NCBI GenBank assembly: GCA_963831085.1
Contig: CAWHOT010000002.1
Span: 986,941-1,050,940 of the forward strand
From: an uncultured Acidobacteriaceae bacterium
GTDB lineage: Bacteria > Acidobacteriota > Terriglobia > Terriglobales > Acidobacteriaceae
Direction of reading: 5' to 3'
DNA: 64,000 bases
Shown here: positions 11,460 to 22,027 of the stretch, piece by piece
Layout of the letters: each line of letters begins with the position of its first letter
Numbering within the stretch: the first letter of the stretch is position 1
Translations under genes and position numbers: made by a program
Notes under the pieces: model-generated
What the model saw: only the letters and a program-made list of their open reading frames with translations
Database searches by the model: none
Told to the model about the DNA's origin: nothing

Positions 11460-12800
11460 ATGTCCAAAAGGATTGCTGAGGTTGTGGTGATCGGAGCTGG
11501 AGTTGCCGGGCTCGCGTGCGCGCAGGCGCTCTGCGAGGCAGGTCTCCGGGTAACGATTCTCGAAGCCCGGAGCCGTGTCGGAGGACGCATTTGGACCGTG
11601 CATCCCTACCTCACCAAAGCGCCGGTAGAACTGGGGGCAGAATTCATCCACGGTCTGCCTCGAGAAGTGTGGCAGATCGTGGAGCGTACCGGCCTGCCGA
11701 CTCAGGAACTGACAGGAAACCGATGGCGTCTGGAACAAGCAAGGCTGGCACCCATGAGTGGCTCCTGGGATCTGATTGACAGTATCTTCCGTAGGATTGA
11801 TCAGTCTGCACCGGATCAATCATTCCAGGATTTTCTGGAACACACTTGCGGCGACCTGCCTCAGCACACGAGGATCGAAGCGGCCGCATATGTCGAGAGC
11901 TTCCACGCATGTAACGCAAGTCGCATGAGCGCTCATGCGCTTGCGCAATGGCATCGGAGCGACCGGGAAATCCAGGGACACCGCGGCTTCCGTTTTCCCA
12001 AGGGATACGAGGGTCTGGTTCGAGCGCTTCTGGCCGCCAGCAAGCCGGACCTCCTCACGGTGCGGCTAAACACCGTTGTTACCGAGATAGCTTGGAATCC
12101 AGGCACGGTGGAGGCGATGGCAAAATCGCCCGAACAGCAGCACGCCAGTATTCGTGCAGACGCTGCCGTCATTACTTTGCCTCTCGGTGTTCTGCAGGCA
12201 GCGCCTGGAAACGACGGCGCGGTCTGCTTTCGGCCAGAGCTGACCGAAAAGGCCGGTGCACTCAAGCAGTTGGAGATGGGCGCCGCGATCCGGCTCGTGC
12301 TGTGTTTCCGCCATTGCTTCTGGACAGACCCCAAGCTGGTGCAATCGCCCATGCCGGACATGAGTTTCTTGTCGTCTCCAGAAGAATTGTTCCCGACGTG
12401 GTGGTCGTCTGTGTCTGCGGGAACCGCCATGCTGACTGGTTGGTCCGGTGGAGTCCGTGTTGAGCGGCTCTCCGGTCTCGGAAGTGCAGCCATCATGGAG
12501 CTTGGATTGGAGGTCTTGCACCACGTCTTCGAAGTACCTCTGGAAACCCTGCGGGCCTTGATGCAAGAGTTTTTTGTGCACGACTGGCAGTCCGATCCTT
12601 ACTGCCGGGGCGCCTACAGTTACGCTCTTGCCGATAGTGGGGACGCTGCGCGCAGACTAGCTGCATCGGTTGGGAATACCCTGTTCTTTGCAGGAGAAGC
12701 GACGGACTACAGCGGACACAACGGAACAGTGCACGGTGCCATTGCTAGCGGTCAGCGCGCCGCCACTGAACTTCTTTCCTGCGGCGGGCTCGGGCCGTAG
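11460..12800 (+). CDS. FAD-dependent amine oxidase family oxidoreductase
   Basis: VVVIGAGVAGLACA dinucleotide-binding motif followed by E..R.GGR; C-terminal FFAGEAT motif typical of flavin amine oxidases; GGAGAAGG RBS. Confidence 0.8.
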   Translation: MSKRIAEVVVIGAGVAGLACAQALCEAGLRVTILEARSRVGGRIWTVHPYLTKAPVELGAEFIHGLPREVWQIVERTGLPTQELTGNRWRLEQARLAPMSGSWDLIDSIFRRIDQSAPDQSFQDFLEHTCGDLPQHTRIEAAAYVESFHACNASRMSAHALAQWHRSDREIQGHRGFRFPKGYEGLVRALLAASKPDLLTVRLNTVVTEIAWNPGTVEAMAKSPEQQHASIRADAAVITLPLGVLQAAPGNDGAVCFRPELTEKAGALKQLEMGAAIRLVLCFRHCFWTDPKLVQSPMPDMSFLSSPEELFPTWWSSVSAGTAMLTGWSGGVRVERLSGLGSAAIMELGLEVLHHVFEVPLETLRALMQEFFVHDWQSDPYCRGAYSYALADSGDAARRLAASVGNTLFFAGEATDYSGHNGTVHGAIASGQRAATELLSCGGLGP

Positions 12801-12945
12801 CTTTACCTGACGCGTACGGGGTTGCTCGTAGAAGTGACCGCGCGCGGTGCAATCCCAGAGTCGTCAGTTCCCTCTCCACTAGTCTCCCGTACCTGAGAGG
12901 AAATCCCTTGTTTGCCGTCTCCTATTCGCTCCCGTTTCCCGAAAG

Positions 12946-13003
12946 CGATGGGATACGCGTTATAGGTCGGCAACTGCTCGGCGGTTTGATTCGAGGTAGG
13001 ATC
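12946..13003 (-). pseudogene. 58-nt orphan fragment ~93% identical to an internal piece of the M28 peptidase gene (37617..37674)
   Basis: A hand alignment shows 4 mismatches in 58 nt. Both pieces encode GDPTSNQTAEQLPTYNAY. The fragment sits in a convergent intergenic region with no surrounding ORF homology. Confidence 0.45.
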
Positions 13004-13010
13004 TCCAATC

Positions 13011-15248
13011 TTACGGCTGCGAACTGACTTCGAGCAGCAGATGATCCTTGAACTCCGCCGCCAGTTTCGACACACCATTAGCCGCCGCGTCTACTGTTCC
13101 CAGGTCTTTCCCCTCGCTGTAGTCACTCACCCGATACTTCCCGGGCTTCAATCCGCGCAGTTCGACTTCGCCTCTCCAACCGGCCGAGGTAAAGAACGCG
13201 TAATACATTTTGCCGTCTTTCGCGATGGCATATCCCTCGGGCGTGTCGTAGCCGGTCACGTAAAGGTCCCTGAACTCTCCCTTCGATAGCATCTTCTGGT
13301 TGTACAAGCCGATCCATTTCTTCCAGCGCTCTTCTTTCGCAGCGGTCAGATTGACGTCCTTGAATTTCGGACCGGGATCGGGCCAGACGAACTTCGTCCC
13401 CACTACGCCTCCGGCTCCAATCGTGGAAGCAAAATCGTCGCCGTGTTCTTTCCAGTCGTTGCCCACTTTTGTCATCGCGGAAAGTTCGACGTGATCGCCG
13501 TAGACCGCCGACTCGGGACCAAGCAATGCCTTATACATCTTGATCCGTCGCCGCACCTGCACCGCTCCCACTGGATCGGCCGTCACCGCCTGGTCGATGA
13601 ACGGCAGCCATGCCAGGGAGGGCGGCGTTCCGCACGGACAGGCTTGGGTCACGCTCTGCGGCTTCAAGGCACGCGTCGTCTGGAAAATCTCTTTGTAGAC
13701 GCCCCCCATCGCATTCACCGAATCCTGTGGCGACTTGTGATGATGCGCCGGATTGTAGCAGGCCGGAACACTGTAGATGTTGTCCAACTTGCTGCCGTCG
13801 AATCCCCAGTCGCGAATGAATCTTTCCGTGAGCTGCTTGTGATACGCCCGCACTTCCGGCACTGCCGGACACATCACCGCCAGACCACGAGTCATGCGCG
13901 CATGCTTGCCGTTCTTGTCCAAGATCAGCCACTCCGGATGCTCCTGCGCGACTTTCGACACGGAGTATTTGTGCGACTCGTATTTTCCCTCGCCATCTTC
14001 AACCCCGAGCGGCAGCCACCACAACTGCGCCAGCATTCCTTCTTTGTGGAAGTCATCGGTCATCTTCTTGATGGAATCTCCGGGAAAAGTATCCGTGCGC
14101 GGATTCCAGTCGCCATAGACGTCGAACCAGCGATCGTCAAGCGTCACCCACTTGATGCCCATCTCCTTCAGCTTCGGAATCGTCCCCAGCATCTGCGCCG
14201 GCGTCACGTCGGCCTGGTATCCCCAGCCGCACCAACTCACGCTGTAGGCTTCGCTCGACGGCTTCGGCAATTCCCAGCCTTCTTTCTGCAGCACGCTCGA
14301 CCAAATCCGCAGGGGCTCATAGAAATCGCCTGCATAGACGGACACGAAACTACGCGGAGTGGAGTACGTCTCGCCCGGCTTCAGTGTGATGTTGGCGGCG
14401 TAGTCCACCTCGGTATTCAGGCGTCCATCGGCTGCGACTTTTGCCGGGATCGCTGCTGAGATCGGAATCGTCTCCACGTGCCCGATCGCTTCGCCTACTT
14501 GGCGCGTCCAGAAAGCCACCACGGGAATCCCGCCACCGTAGCCGCCTTTGACCATTTCTCCCATGACGTTTGGCTGGGAGAAAGCCGGCGTCGGCTTCAC
14601 GACATCATCTTTCCCCCAGTCGTAGCTCGCGCCATGAAATGACCACATTTGCCACGGCTGCACTTTCGCGTCCGCCAGCCGCGCGTTCAAACGGCGCCGC
14701 TGACTCACGCTTTTTTCGATTGCGACGTCGCTCGCGCCGGTGTTCTTGTATTCCACGGTGCTCAACAGAATGTTCGGGAATGTGTCATAGACTTCGAGCG
14801 CCAGCACGCGCTGCAAATCCATCCCCGATGGCCCGAGCGGACGCGCCGGAATCTCCACCCGCTTCCCGACTCCCATCTTTCCGATCGCTTCGTGCACCTC
14901 GGCCTGCTGGAAGTCGAGCGTGAAATGCACATCCTTTCCCCCCACTCGCACAAAATCGCTGTCGACAGGAGCACCTACCTGGGGTTCGTCGAGCGAAAGC
15001 TTCTTGCCGTCTTTCAGCAAAGAGGCCTGCACATAACCATCTGGCCTCACCTGAAACTCGGCGGCGCTCGTCGTCAACACCACCGGTCCGCCTGACTTTA
15101 CGTCCACGTTGATCGCGGAAGGCTGGGTGGGTTCTGGCTTGGCGGTCTCGGTCGTCAGAGGCGACTTCGGCAACTTCGAGCAAACCGTCAGCAGGAGTAT
15201 GAGACCGAGCGTGATACAAAGCATCGCAATGTTTTTTCGGGCGATCAT
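13011..15248 (-). CDS. Secreted glycoside hydrolase, clan GH-D alpha-galactosidase-like
   Basis: The ORF is listed to 15407. The ATG at 15248 is preceded by GGGAGG and gives a signal/lipoprotein-like N-terminus (MIARKNIAMLCITLGLILLLTVCS). The SWCGWGY ... KWVTLDDRWF motifs resemble melibiase-type catalytic regions. Confidence 0.6.
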   Translation of the reverse strand: MIARKNIAMLCITLGLILLLTVCSKLPKSPLTTETAKPEPTQPSAINVDVKSGGPVVLTTSAAEFQVRPDGYVQASLLKDGKKLSLDEPQVGAPVDSDFVRVGGKDVHFTLDFQQAEVHEAIGKMGVGKRVEIPARPLGPSGMDLQRVLALEVYDTFPNILLSTVEYKNTGASDVAIEKSVSQRRRLNARLADAKVQPWQMWSFHGASYDWGKDDVVKPTPAFSQPNVMGEMVKGGYGGGIPVVAFWTRQVGEAIGHVETIPISAAIPAKVAADGRLNTEVDYAANITLKPGETYSTPRSFVSVYAGDFYEPLRIWSSVLQKEGWELPKPSSEAYSVSWCGWGYQADVTPAQMLGTIPKLKEMGIKWVTLDDRWFDVYGDWNPRTDTFPGDSIKKMTDDFHKEGMLAQLWWLPLGVEDGEGKYESHKYSVSKVAQEHPEWLILDKNGKHARMTRGLAVMCPAVPEVRAYHKQLTERFIRDWGFDGSKLDNIYSVPACYNPAHHHKSPQDSVNAMGGVYKEIFQTTRALKPQSVTQACPCGTPPSLAWLPFIDQAVTADPVGAVQVRRRIKMYKALLGPESAVYGDHVELSAMTKVGNDWKEHGDDFASTIGAGGVVGTKFVWPDPGPKFKDVNLTAAKEERWKKWIGLYNQKMLSKGEFRDLYVTGYDTPEGYAIAKDGKMYYAFFTSAGWRGEVELRGLKPGKYRVSDYSEGKDLGTVDAAANGVSKLAAEFKDHLLLEVSSQP

Positions 15249-15434
15249 GAGTAACCTCCCTCTTGGTTGTTCCGAGCCCCGCCAAAAATCGCAGTTGACA
15301 AAAGCTATAAAACGAAAGTAAAAGTAATAGTTCGTAATACTACACCGAAAGCTCGTCGTCCCAACACCCGAACTTTCGCCTAGCCCAACCAGGCCGCTTG
15401 CGAACATTCGGGCTCAGCGTCCAGGAGCGTCGCC

Positions 15435-18400
15435 ATGCAGATCTCTTTCCTTCGCCTGCAAACTCTATCCGCCCTGTTTTTTTCTATATTCGTGGCGCTG
15501 GCCACCCCGCTATCGGCGCAAAAAGATGCCGGAGCCATTGTAGGCCTGGTGCGCGACCCGAGCGGGGCAGTGGTCACGGGCGCCAAGGTCACTGTGACTG
15601 ACGTGGATCGCGGCATTGCGCTGACTTTCTCCACCAACGGTGAAGGGGAGTATGTCGCCAGCCCGCTCAGGATAGGCCGTTACACCGTCACGGTCGAGAA
15701 GGAGGGATTCAAGAAAGCGGTTGCCGGCCCGGTGCAAGTGAACATCCAGGATCGCGTCGGCGTGGACTTGAAGCTTCAGCCTGGCATGGCAACGGAAGTC
15801 GTCACGGTCACCGGCCAACGTCCGCAGCTCGAAACCGAAACCTCCGAACTGGGTCAGGTGGTGGACAGCCGGCGCATAAACGCGCTTCCCTTGAACGGAC
15901 GCAACTACGCCCAACTCGCTCTGCTCGGCGCCGGTGTCGCTGCCGCTGAGCCCGGATCGCGCGTCGAAACCACTTACGGTTTCAGCGCCAACGGCGCCCG
16001 CTCTTTGCAAAATAACTTCCTGCTCGACGGTATCGACAACAATGCGAATCTGGGCGACGTCCTCAACGGCGCAGCCTATGTGGTCCAACCGGCGGTGGAC
16101 GCCATCGCCGAGTTCAAAGTCGAGACCAATTCCTACAGCGCTGAATTCGGCCGTGGCAACGGCGCCATCATGAACGCCGTCATCAAGTCTGGTACCAACC
16201 AGATCCACGGCGACGTGTGGGAGTTTCTGCGCAACGAAAAAGTTGACGCTACCAACGCCTTCGACATCAACGGTCAGCAGCCTTACAAACAGAACCAGTT
16301 CGGTTTTACCCTGGGTGGGCCCATCATCAAGAACAAAATGTTCTTTTTCGGAGACTATGAAGGCCTCCGCGTTCGCCAGGGACTGCCGCAAGTGTCCACG
16401 GTTCCCACGTCAGCCGAGGTTGGCGGAGATTTCTCCGCGTTTCTCCAGCTCAACAATCCAATCCCAGGCGTGCTCGACTGCGCTGGCCACCAGACTTACC
16501 AGGGAGAGATCTTTGATCCGACCCAAGCGGAAATCAACAATGGCGTATCTTGCGGTGTCCCCATCGGCACCACCTCCAGCGGAGTACCGACCAACATCTT
16601 CCAGGGTAATAGTGGCACTAACACCGCTATCGATCCGCTCGGCCGGGAACTGGCTAATTTGTTTCCCGCGCCCAATGCCAACATTAGCACTCTGCAGGCC
16701 GCTGGCAACTTCCTGTCCGATCCAAAACGCAGTGAAACGGAGAACAAGTTCGACATTCGTGGGGACTACACCATTAGCGGAAAGGATAATTTTTTCGCCC
16801 GTTATAGCTACGGCAACGACAGTAATTTTCTGCCCTCGCCCTTCAACAACGTGCTCGACGGTGGCAGTTTTCAGGACGGCTACAGCCAGAACGTAGCCCA
16901 GGGCCTGGCGGCCAGCGAGATACACTCTTTCCGCAACAACTTGATCAACGAATTTCGCTTCGGCTTCAATCACCTCAACTCCCATCGCTACAATCTGTAT
17001 TCCAACGTCAACGTCTCGCAACAAATCCCCGGCGGGATTCCCTTTCCCGGAGTTCCGTTCGAAGCGGGCGAGAACATTGGTGGCCTGCCTTCGATCAGCT
17101 TCGGTGATGGCACCACGAACATTGGCGCCTCGGAATTCCTGCCCGCAGTCGAACACCAGAACAGCTACGTTTTTACCGATAATCTGAGCTGGACCCACGG
17201 ACGCCACGCCGCGAAGTTCGGCGCTGAACTTCGCTTCGAACAGTTCACCATACTCGAGCCGGCCGCCCCTCGTGGCTACATGGACTTCGGCGGCAACTTC
17301 GTCATCAACGACAATCCCGCCGCCCCCGGCACCGGCGGCGAGGCTTTCGCCTCTTTCCTGCAGGGCATCAGCGACGGCGGGTCAATCACTAGTGTGACCC
17401 CCAACGTCGACTATCACCGGCAGATTTACGCGATCTATGCTCTCGACGACTTCAAAGTAACTCCGCGGCTCACCCTGAACCTGGGCCTCCGCTACGAACT
17501 ATTCACTACGATAAAGGAGGCCAATGACCACCAGGCCACCTTCGATTTCAACTCGCTCTCGCTGATCGCTCCCAGCGGACAAAACACGCAATTGACGCCC
17601 ACGCTCGGCACCGAGCTCACCATTCAGAATAATGGTTCTCGCGGACTCATCCGTCCCGATCGCAATAATTTCGCGCCCCGCATTGGACTGGCTTACCAAT
17701 TGTCCGACAAGCTCGTCCTGCGCAGCGGCTACGGCATCTTCTATGGCGGGCAGGAAAACGGCCCCTTTTCCAACCCGAGCCCCGGCTTCAATCCTCCGTT
17801 CTTGTCTTCGGAGGCATACAACGCGCCCTGTCAAGCGCCATTCGCAAGTTCTGCGATGGATTGCTCGATCTCGGCCGCGAACAACGGCGGCTTGGCGCTT
17901 AACCGGCTACAGGCGGGCTTTCCCAACAATGTCAACAACAACCAGTCCCCGCTCGCCGACCCGAACGCGCCCGAGCTCTACTCGCTCGATCCGCATCTGG
18001 TCACGCCCTACACCCAGCAGTGGCACCTGGGTATCGAGTACCAATTGCCCGCCGATACGGTTCTCGAAATTTCTTATGGAGGCTCGCGCGGATTGAGGCT
18101 CTTCGCTTTCTACAACGGCAATCAGGCCGTTCCCTTCCCGGGGACTGACTCGCTTCCCACCGCGCCAAGGCGTCCCGCCCAGAACAATGACTGGCTTGGC
18201 GCTAACGGTCCGTGCGATCTGAATCCCGCAAATAACTACGCAGATGCTGCCAATTGCAATCCCGCGCTCGATGTCGCCATCGATACCTTCCGCTCGAATG
18301 CGCAATCGAATTACAACTCGCTGCAGGTTCGCTTGGAGAAGCGCTACTCTCACGGACTCCAGTACGAAGCGGCGTACACCTGGGCGCACGCCCTCGACAA

Positions 18401-19094
18401 CGCTTCGAGCGCCGACCTGGGATCGGTGAACAACGGGGATTTCCGCGACCAGCGCTACCCCAACGCCGAATACGGCAATGCCGACTTCGACGTGCGCCAC
18501 CGCTTCGTTTTCAGTTACGTCTATGACTTACCCTTCGGTCGTGGACGCCTGTTCGCCAAAGATGTTTCCGGCTTCGTGAACCAGATTCTCGGCAACTGGC
18601 AAATGGCTGGCGTCTTCTCCGCCGCCACCGGCAATTACTACACCGCCACCGACATTACCAATGTCTCAGGCAGCGACAGCGGCGGTAACGTCGCCGTCTA
18701 TAGCTCACGGCCCGCTCGAGTCGGGAATCCCAACGCCAAGCCCTGCATTCCAGGAACGCTGTTCAACACCTGCGCGTTTGCGGACGACAGCACCATCCCC
18801 GGAATTATCCCCCTGGGAACATTCGGCAACGCGGGACGCAACATCATCGAGGGCCCGGGATACAAGACCTGGGACACCTCTCTGGTTAAACAATTTCCGA
18901 TCAATGAACAAAAGCATCTCGAATTTCGCGCGGAATTTTTCAACGTGCTCAACCATGTGAATTATTTGTTTGGACAATTTGGAGCAATCAGCGCCGAGCC
19001 CACGCCCCTGGAACTTGGTCAGAGTGGATTTGGCCTCCCCTTGGCAGCGCGCGCACCTCGACAGATCCAGTTCGCGCTGAAGTTTTATTTCTGA
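15435..19094 (+). CDS. TonB-dependent outer-membrane receptor with N-terminal carboxypeptidase-regulatory-like domain
   Basis: Signal peptide, then GAIVGLVRDPSGAVVTGAKVTV..Y.V.V.K.GF (CarboxypepD_reg-like), a plug-like region, 1219 aa, and a C-terminal aromatic end (LKFYF). Confidence 0.85.
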   Translation: MQISFLRLQTLSALFFSIFVALATPLSAQKDAGAIVGLVRDPSGAVVTGAKVTVTDVDRGIALTFSTNGEGEYVASPLRIGRYTVTVEKEGFKKAVAGPVQVNIQDRVGVDLKLQPGMATEVVTVTGQRPQLETETSELGQVVDSRRINALPLNGRNYAQLALLGAGVAAAEPGSRVETTYGFSANGARSLQNNFLLDGIDNNANLGDVLNGAAYVVQPAVDAIAEFKVETNSYSAEFGRGNGAIMNAVIKSGTNQIHGDVWEFLRNEKVDATNAFDINGQQPYKQNQFGFTLGGPIIKNKMFFFGDYEGLRVRQGLPQVSTVPTSAEVGGDFSAFLQLNNPIPGVLDCAGHQTYQGEIFDPTQAEINNGVSCGVPIGTTSSGVPTNIFQGNSGTNTAIDPLGRELANLFPAPNANISTLQAAGNFLSDPKRSETENKFDIRGDYTISGKDNFFARYSYGNDSNFLPSPFNNVLDGGSFQDGYSQNVAQGLAASEIHSFRNNLINEFRFGFNHLNSHRYNLYSNVNVSQQIPGGIPFPGVPFEAGENIGGLPSISFGDGTTNIGASEFLPAVEHQNSYVFTDNLSWTHGRHAAKFGAELRFEQFTILEPAAPRGYMDFGGNFVINDNPAAPGTGGEAFASFLQGISDGGSITSVTPNVDYHRQIYAIYALDDFKVTPRLTLNLGLRYELFTTIKEANDHQATFDFNSLSLIAPSGQNTQLTPTLGTELTIQNNGSRGLIRPDRNNFAPRIGLAYQLSDKLVLRSGYGIFYGGQENGPFSNPSPGFNPPFLSSEAYNAPCQAPFASSAMDCSISAANNGGLALNRLQAGFPNNVNNNQSPLADPNAPELYSLDPHLVTPYTQQWHLGIEYQLPADTVLEISYGGSRGLRLFAFYNGNQAVPFPGTDSLPTAPRRPAQNNDWLGANGPCDLNPANNYADAANCNPALDVAIDTFRSNAQSNYNSLQVRLEKRYSHGLQYEAAYTWAHALDNASSADLGSVNNGDFRDQRYPNAEYGNADFDVRHRFVFSYVYDLPFGRGRLFAKDVSGFVNQILGNWQMAGVFSAATGNYYTATDITNVSGSDSGGNVAVYSSRPARVGNPNAKPCIPGTLFNTCAFADDSTIPGIIPLGTFGNAGRNIIEGPGYKTWDTSLVKQFPINEQKHLEFRAEFFNVLNHVNYLFGQFGAISAEPTPLELGQSGFGLPLAARAPRQIQFALKFYF

Positions 19095-19123
19095 AGGAAA
19101 ATTAGAAACACATCGAAAACATC

Positions 19124-19900
19124 ATGCCTTCGAATGGCCTGCTTAACGAAGAACGCCGCCGCGAAATCCTCGGGGTCTTACATCGGGATGGGCGCGTGCT
19201 CGTCAAGGATCTGGCCCGGCATTTCCGTATTTCGCAGATCACGATCCGCAAAGATCTGGAGTTTCTCGACGGCCAGGGGGTCATCCAACGTACTCACGGT
19301 GGCGCTCTGCCCGTGCAAGCCGGAGCGTTGCTCGATCCGACGCTGCGCGAGAAAGAGAAGCTCCACCGCAAGGAGAAGACGCAGATTGCCCTCGCCGCAG
19401 CCCGCTTAGTCGAAGAGGGTCAGTCCGTGCTGCTCGATTCAGGAACAACGACGACGGCCGTTGCGCGGGCCCTGAAAGACATGGCGCAGCTCACCGTGAT
19501 CACGAACGCGATCAACATCGCGGCCGAGCTGGCGGGCACGCACGTTGAAGTAATCCTGACCGGAGGCATGCTGCGCAAGAACTCGTTTTCTCTGGTCGGC
19601 CCCCTGGCCGAGCGGACTCTGCGCCAACTCAGCGCCGACATCCTGTTCCTCGGCGTCGATGGCTTCGACACCAAGGCTGGCCTTTTCACTCCGAATTTAT
19701 TGGAGTCCGAAGTGAACCGGGCGATGGTCGAAATTGCCCGCAGGACGATCGCAGTTTGCGACTCGAGCAAGTTCGGCCGACGCAGCCTGTGCAACATCAT
19801 GCCGGTCACGAAAGTCCATGAAGTAATTACCGACAAGCAGATCCCAAAATCAGATTTGCACGCGCTGAAAGAGGCAGGAGTAAAAGTCACGTTGGTGTGA
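19124..19900 (+). CDS. DeoR/GlpR-family transcriptional repressor
   Basis: N-terminal HTH (RRREILGVLHRDGRVLVKDLARHFRISQITIRKDLEFL) followed by a DeoR C-terminal sugar-phosphate sensor domain. Confidence 0.9.
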   Translation: MPSNGLLNEERRREILGVLHRDGRVLVKDLARHFRISQITIRKDLEFLDGQGVIQRTHGGALPVQAGALLDPTLREKEKLHRKEKTQIALAAARLVEEGQSVLLDSGTTTTAVARALKDMAQLTVITNAINIAAELAGTHVEVILTGGMLRKNSFSLVGPLAERTLRQLSADILFLGVDGFDTKAGLFTPNLLESEVNRAMVEIARRTIAVCDSSKFGRRSLCNIMPVTKVHEVITDKQIPKSDLHALKEAGVKVTLV

Positions 19901-19919
19901 GCGGAGTCAAACAGAGCCA

Positions 19920-20999
19920 ATGAAGTCGGCAGCAATATCGAAGCAGGGCCAGCACACGCTGAGCGAGATCTTCTCCCAGCCCCAGTGCTGGAGAGCGTGT
20001 CTGGCAAAGCTGGCGACCAGCGCGGAACTTCGTAAGGCTATTCAAATGTCGCGGCCAGGAGCGGAGTGGATCTTTGTAGGCTGTGGAACGAGTTACTATC
20101 TTGCGCAGGCCGCTGCATCGAGCTTCAACCATCTTAGGCTACCGGCACGCGCCGTCCCCGCTTCTGACTTGCTAATGTATCCCGCATTAACTCTGCACGC
20201 CGGACAGGACTATGTTCCGGTTGTGATTTCGCGCTCCGGCCGTACCTCGGAGGCAGTCCGCGCCGCTCAGATGCTGGAGAAAGATCATAATCTTCGCACC
20301 ATTGCCATCACCTGTGCCAATGGCCAGCCGCTGGAGCCCGCATGCAGCCTGACGTTGAAGTTTCTCGACGCCGACGAGCAGAGCACCGTCATGACGCGAT
20401 CGTTCACATCTATGCTGTTGGGGCTGCAATACTTTGGCGCAACCATCTCTGGCAATGATACCTTCTGCCGCGCATTGATCGAACTACCACAACAGGTCGA
20501 ACCTCTTCTAAAAGACGTTCGGCGGCTGCAGTTGTTTGTCGAGTCTCGCAGTTTCTCAGACTTCGTTTTCCTGGCGCAGGGCCCACTATTCGGCATTGCC
20601 TCGGAGTGCATGCTGAAGGTGACCGAATCCTCGTGCTCCTATTCCCAGGTATTTCACTCTCTCGAGTTTCGTCACGGTCCAAAATCGATCGCGGGCCCGG
20701 AAACGCTGATCACGTTCCTCATGTCGGAGACTTCCTACGACGCGGAACTGGAGTTACTCGAAGAAATGAAAGCTCTCGGCGCGGCCACCATGGTGATTGC
20801 GAATCGCGTCGATAACCGGTCTCAGCGTGCCTCTGACTTCGCCATCGAGCTTGGTCTCCAGTCGCCCGAGTACGCGCGCCCCGTGGCGTTCGCGATTTGG
20901 GGTCAACTGTACGGGGTTTACTACGGGCTCAAAAAGGGCCTCAATCCGGACTCGCCGAGAAACCTGACGCGCGTGGTCGAACTCACGGACGGTCGCTAG
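19920..20999 (+). CDS. Double-SIS-domain sugar-phosphate isomerase/deaminase (AgaS/GlmS-C/FrlB-like)
   Basis: WIFVGCGTSYYLAQ SIS motif; ~360 aa two-SIS architecture; operon position between the DeoR and PfkB genes. Confidence 0.75.
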   Translation: MKSAAISKQGQHTLSEIFSQPQCWRACLAKLATSAELRKAIQMSRPGAEWIFVGCGTSYYLAQAAASSFNHLRLPARAVPASDLLMYPALTLHAGQDYVPVVISRSGRTSEAVRAAQMLEKDHNLRTIAITCANGQPLEPACSLTLKFLDADEQSTVMTRSFTSMLLGLQYFGATISGNDTFCRALIELPQQVEPLLKDVRRLQLFVESRSFSDFVFLAQGPLFGIASECMLKVTESSCSYSQVFHSLEFRHGPKSIAGPETLITFLMSETSYDAELELLEEMKALGAATMVIANRVDNRSQRASDFAIELGLQSPEYARPVAFAIWGQLYGVYYGLKKGLNPDSPRNLTRVVELTDGR

Positions 21000-21044
21000 A
21001 ACCAGCAGTTAGTAAATAGCAAGAAACACCAAAAGGCCTGCTCC

Positions 21045-21992
21045 ATGTACAAGCTCGATATCGTGATCGTCGGGGAGATCAATCTTGACCTAATCCTCTA
21101 CGGTTTGCCTGAACACATGCCCACGGAACGCGAACTGCTGGCCAGCGGCTTCGCTATCACGTTAGGCAGTTCCTCGGCCATCCTGGCGCATAATCTCGCC
21201 GCTCTTGGCAGCCGCGTGGGGTTCGTCACCAAGGTCGGCGACGACTCTTTCGGAGCCCTAGCGATGGAACGCCTGCGTGATCGCGGTGTGGACGTGGCGG
21301 GCGTCGTGCATGGCGCGAAGTCCGGAGTAACACTCATTCTGCCCCACGGACCCCAGCGCCACATCCTGACGTATCCGGGAACAATCTCTGAGCTGCGCTT
21401 CGAGGATCTCGACCTTGATTATCTGGCATCGGCCCGCCACTTTCATATGTCATCGCTGTTTTTGCAGCGTGAACTGTTGCCACGTGTGCCAGAACTTTTT
21501 CGGCGGATGAAGTCCGCCGGCCTGACCACCTCGCTCGATACCAACGACGATCCCGCTGACCGCTGGGACAGCGTCCTCGAAGAGATCCTGCCTCACGTGG
21601 ACATCCTGCTGCCGAACGAACGCGAAGCAATGAAGATGTCCCGGGCCGACGACTTGGAAACCGCGCTTTCGCGGTTGGCACAAATGGTGGAAACCATCGT
21701 GGTCAAAATGGGCGCCAGCGGAGCCGTTGCTATTCGGGATGGGCACCGATTCAGCGCACCCGCCGTGCCGGTAACGGTCATCGATCCGATTGGTGCAGGC
21801 GACAGCTTCGACGCCGGGTTCCTCCACCAATTTCTGCGCGGAGCCGATCTTGCGACTTGCCTGGCATACGGAAACCTGTGCGGAGCATTCTCCACCACCG
21901 ACTTTGGCGGCACGGAAGCGTTCCGCGACGCAGTCCGAATGCAAGAATTTCTCCGCCGGCACGACACCAACAATCAAGCGCGCCAACGCTGA
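21045..21992 (+). CDS. PfkB-family carbohydrate kinase
   Basis: N-terminal GE.N.D pattern and the C-terminal PfkB signature DPIGAGDSFDAGF. Confidence 0.85.
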   Translation: MYKLDIVIVGEINLDLILYGLPEHMPTERELLASGFAITLGSSSAILAHNLAALGSRVGFVTKVGDDSFGALAMERLRDRGVDVAGVVHGAKSGVTLILPHGPQRHILTYPGTISELRFEDLDLDYLASARHFHMSSLFLQRELLPRVPELFRRMKSAGLTTSLDTNDDPADRWDSVLEEILPHVDILLPNEREAMKMSRADDLETALSRLAQMVETIVVKMGASGAVAIRDGHRFSAPAVPVTVIDPIGAGDSFDAGFLHQFLRGADLATCLAYGNLCGAFSTTDFGGTEAFRDAVRMQEFLRRHDTNNQARQR

Positions 21993-22027
21993 CGGAAAAA
22001 TCCCATTTGCGACAGTGAGAACCCTGC

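Noticed and set aside
12803-13078. The 91-aa minus-strand ORF between the amine oxidase and glycosidase genes.
   Set aside because: Only an 18-aa stretch resembles anything (the M28 gene). The ORF overlaps the glycosidase 3' end and is best explained as a gene fragment plus chance ORF.
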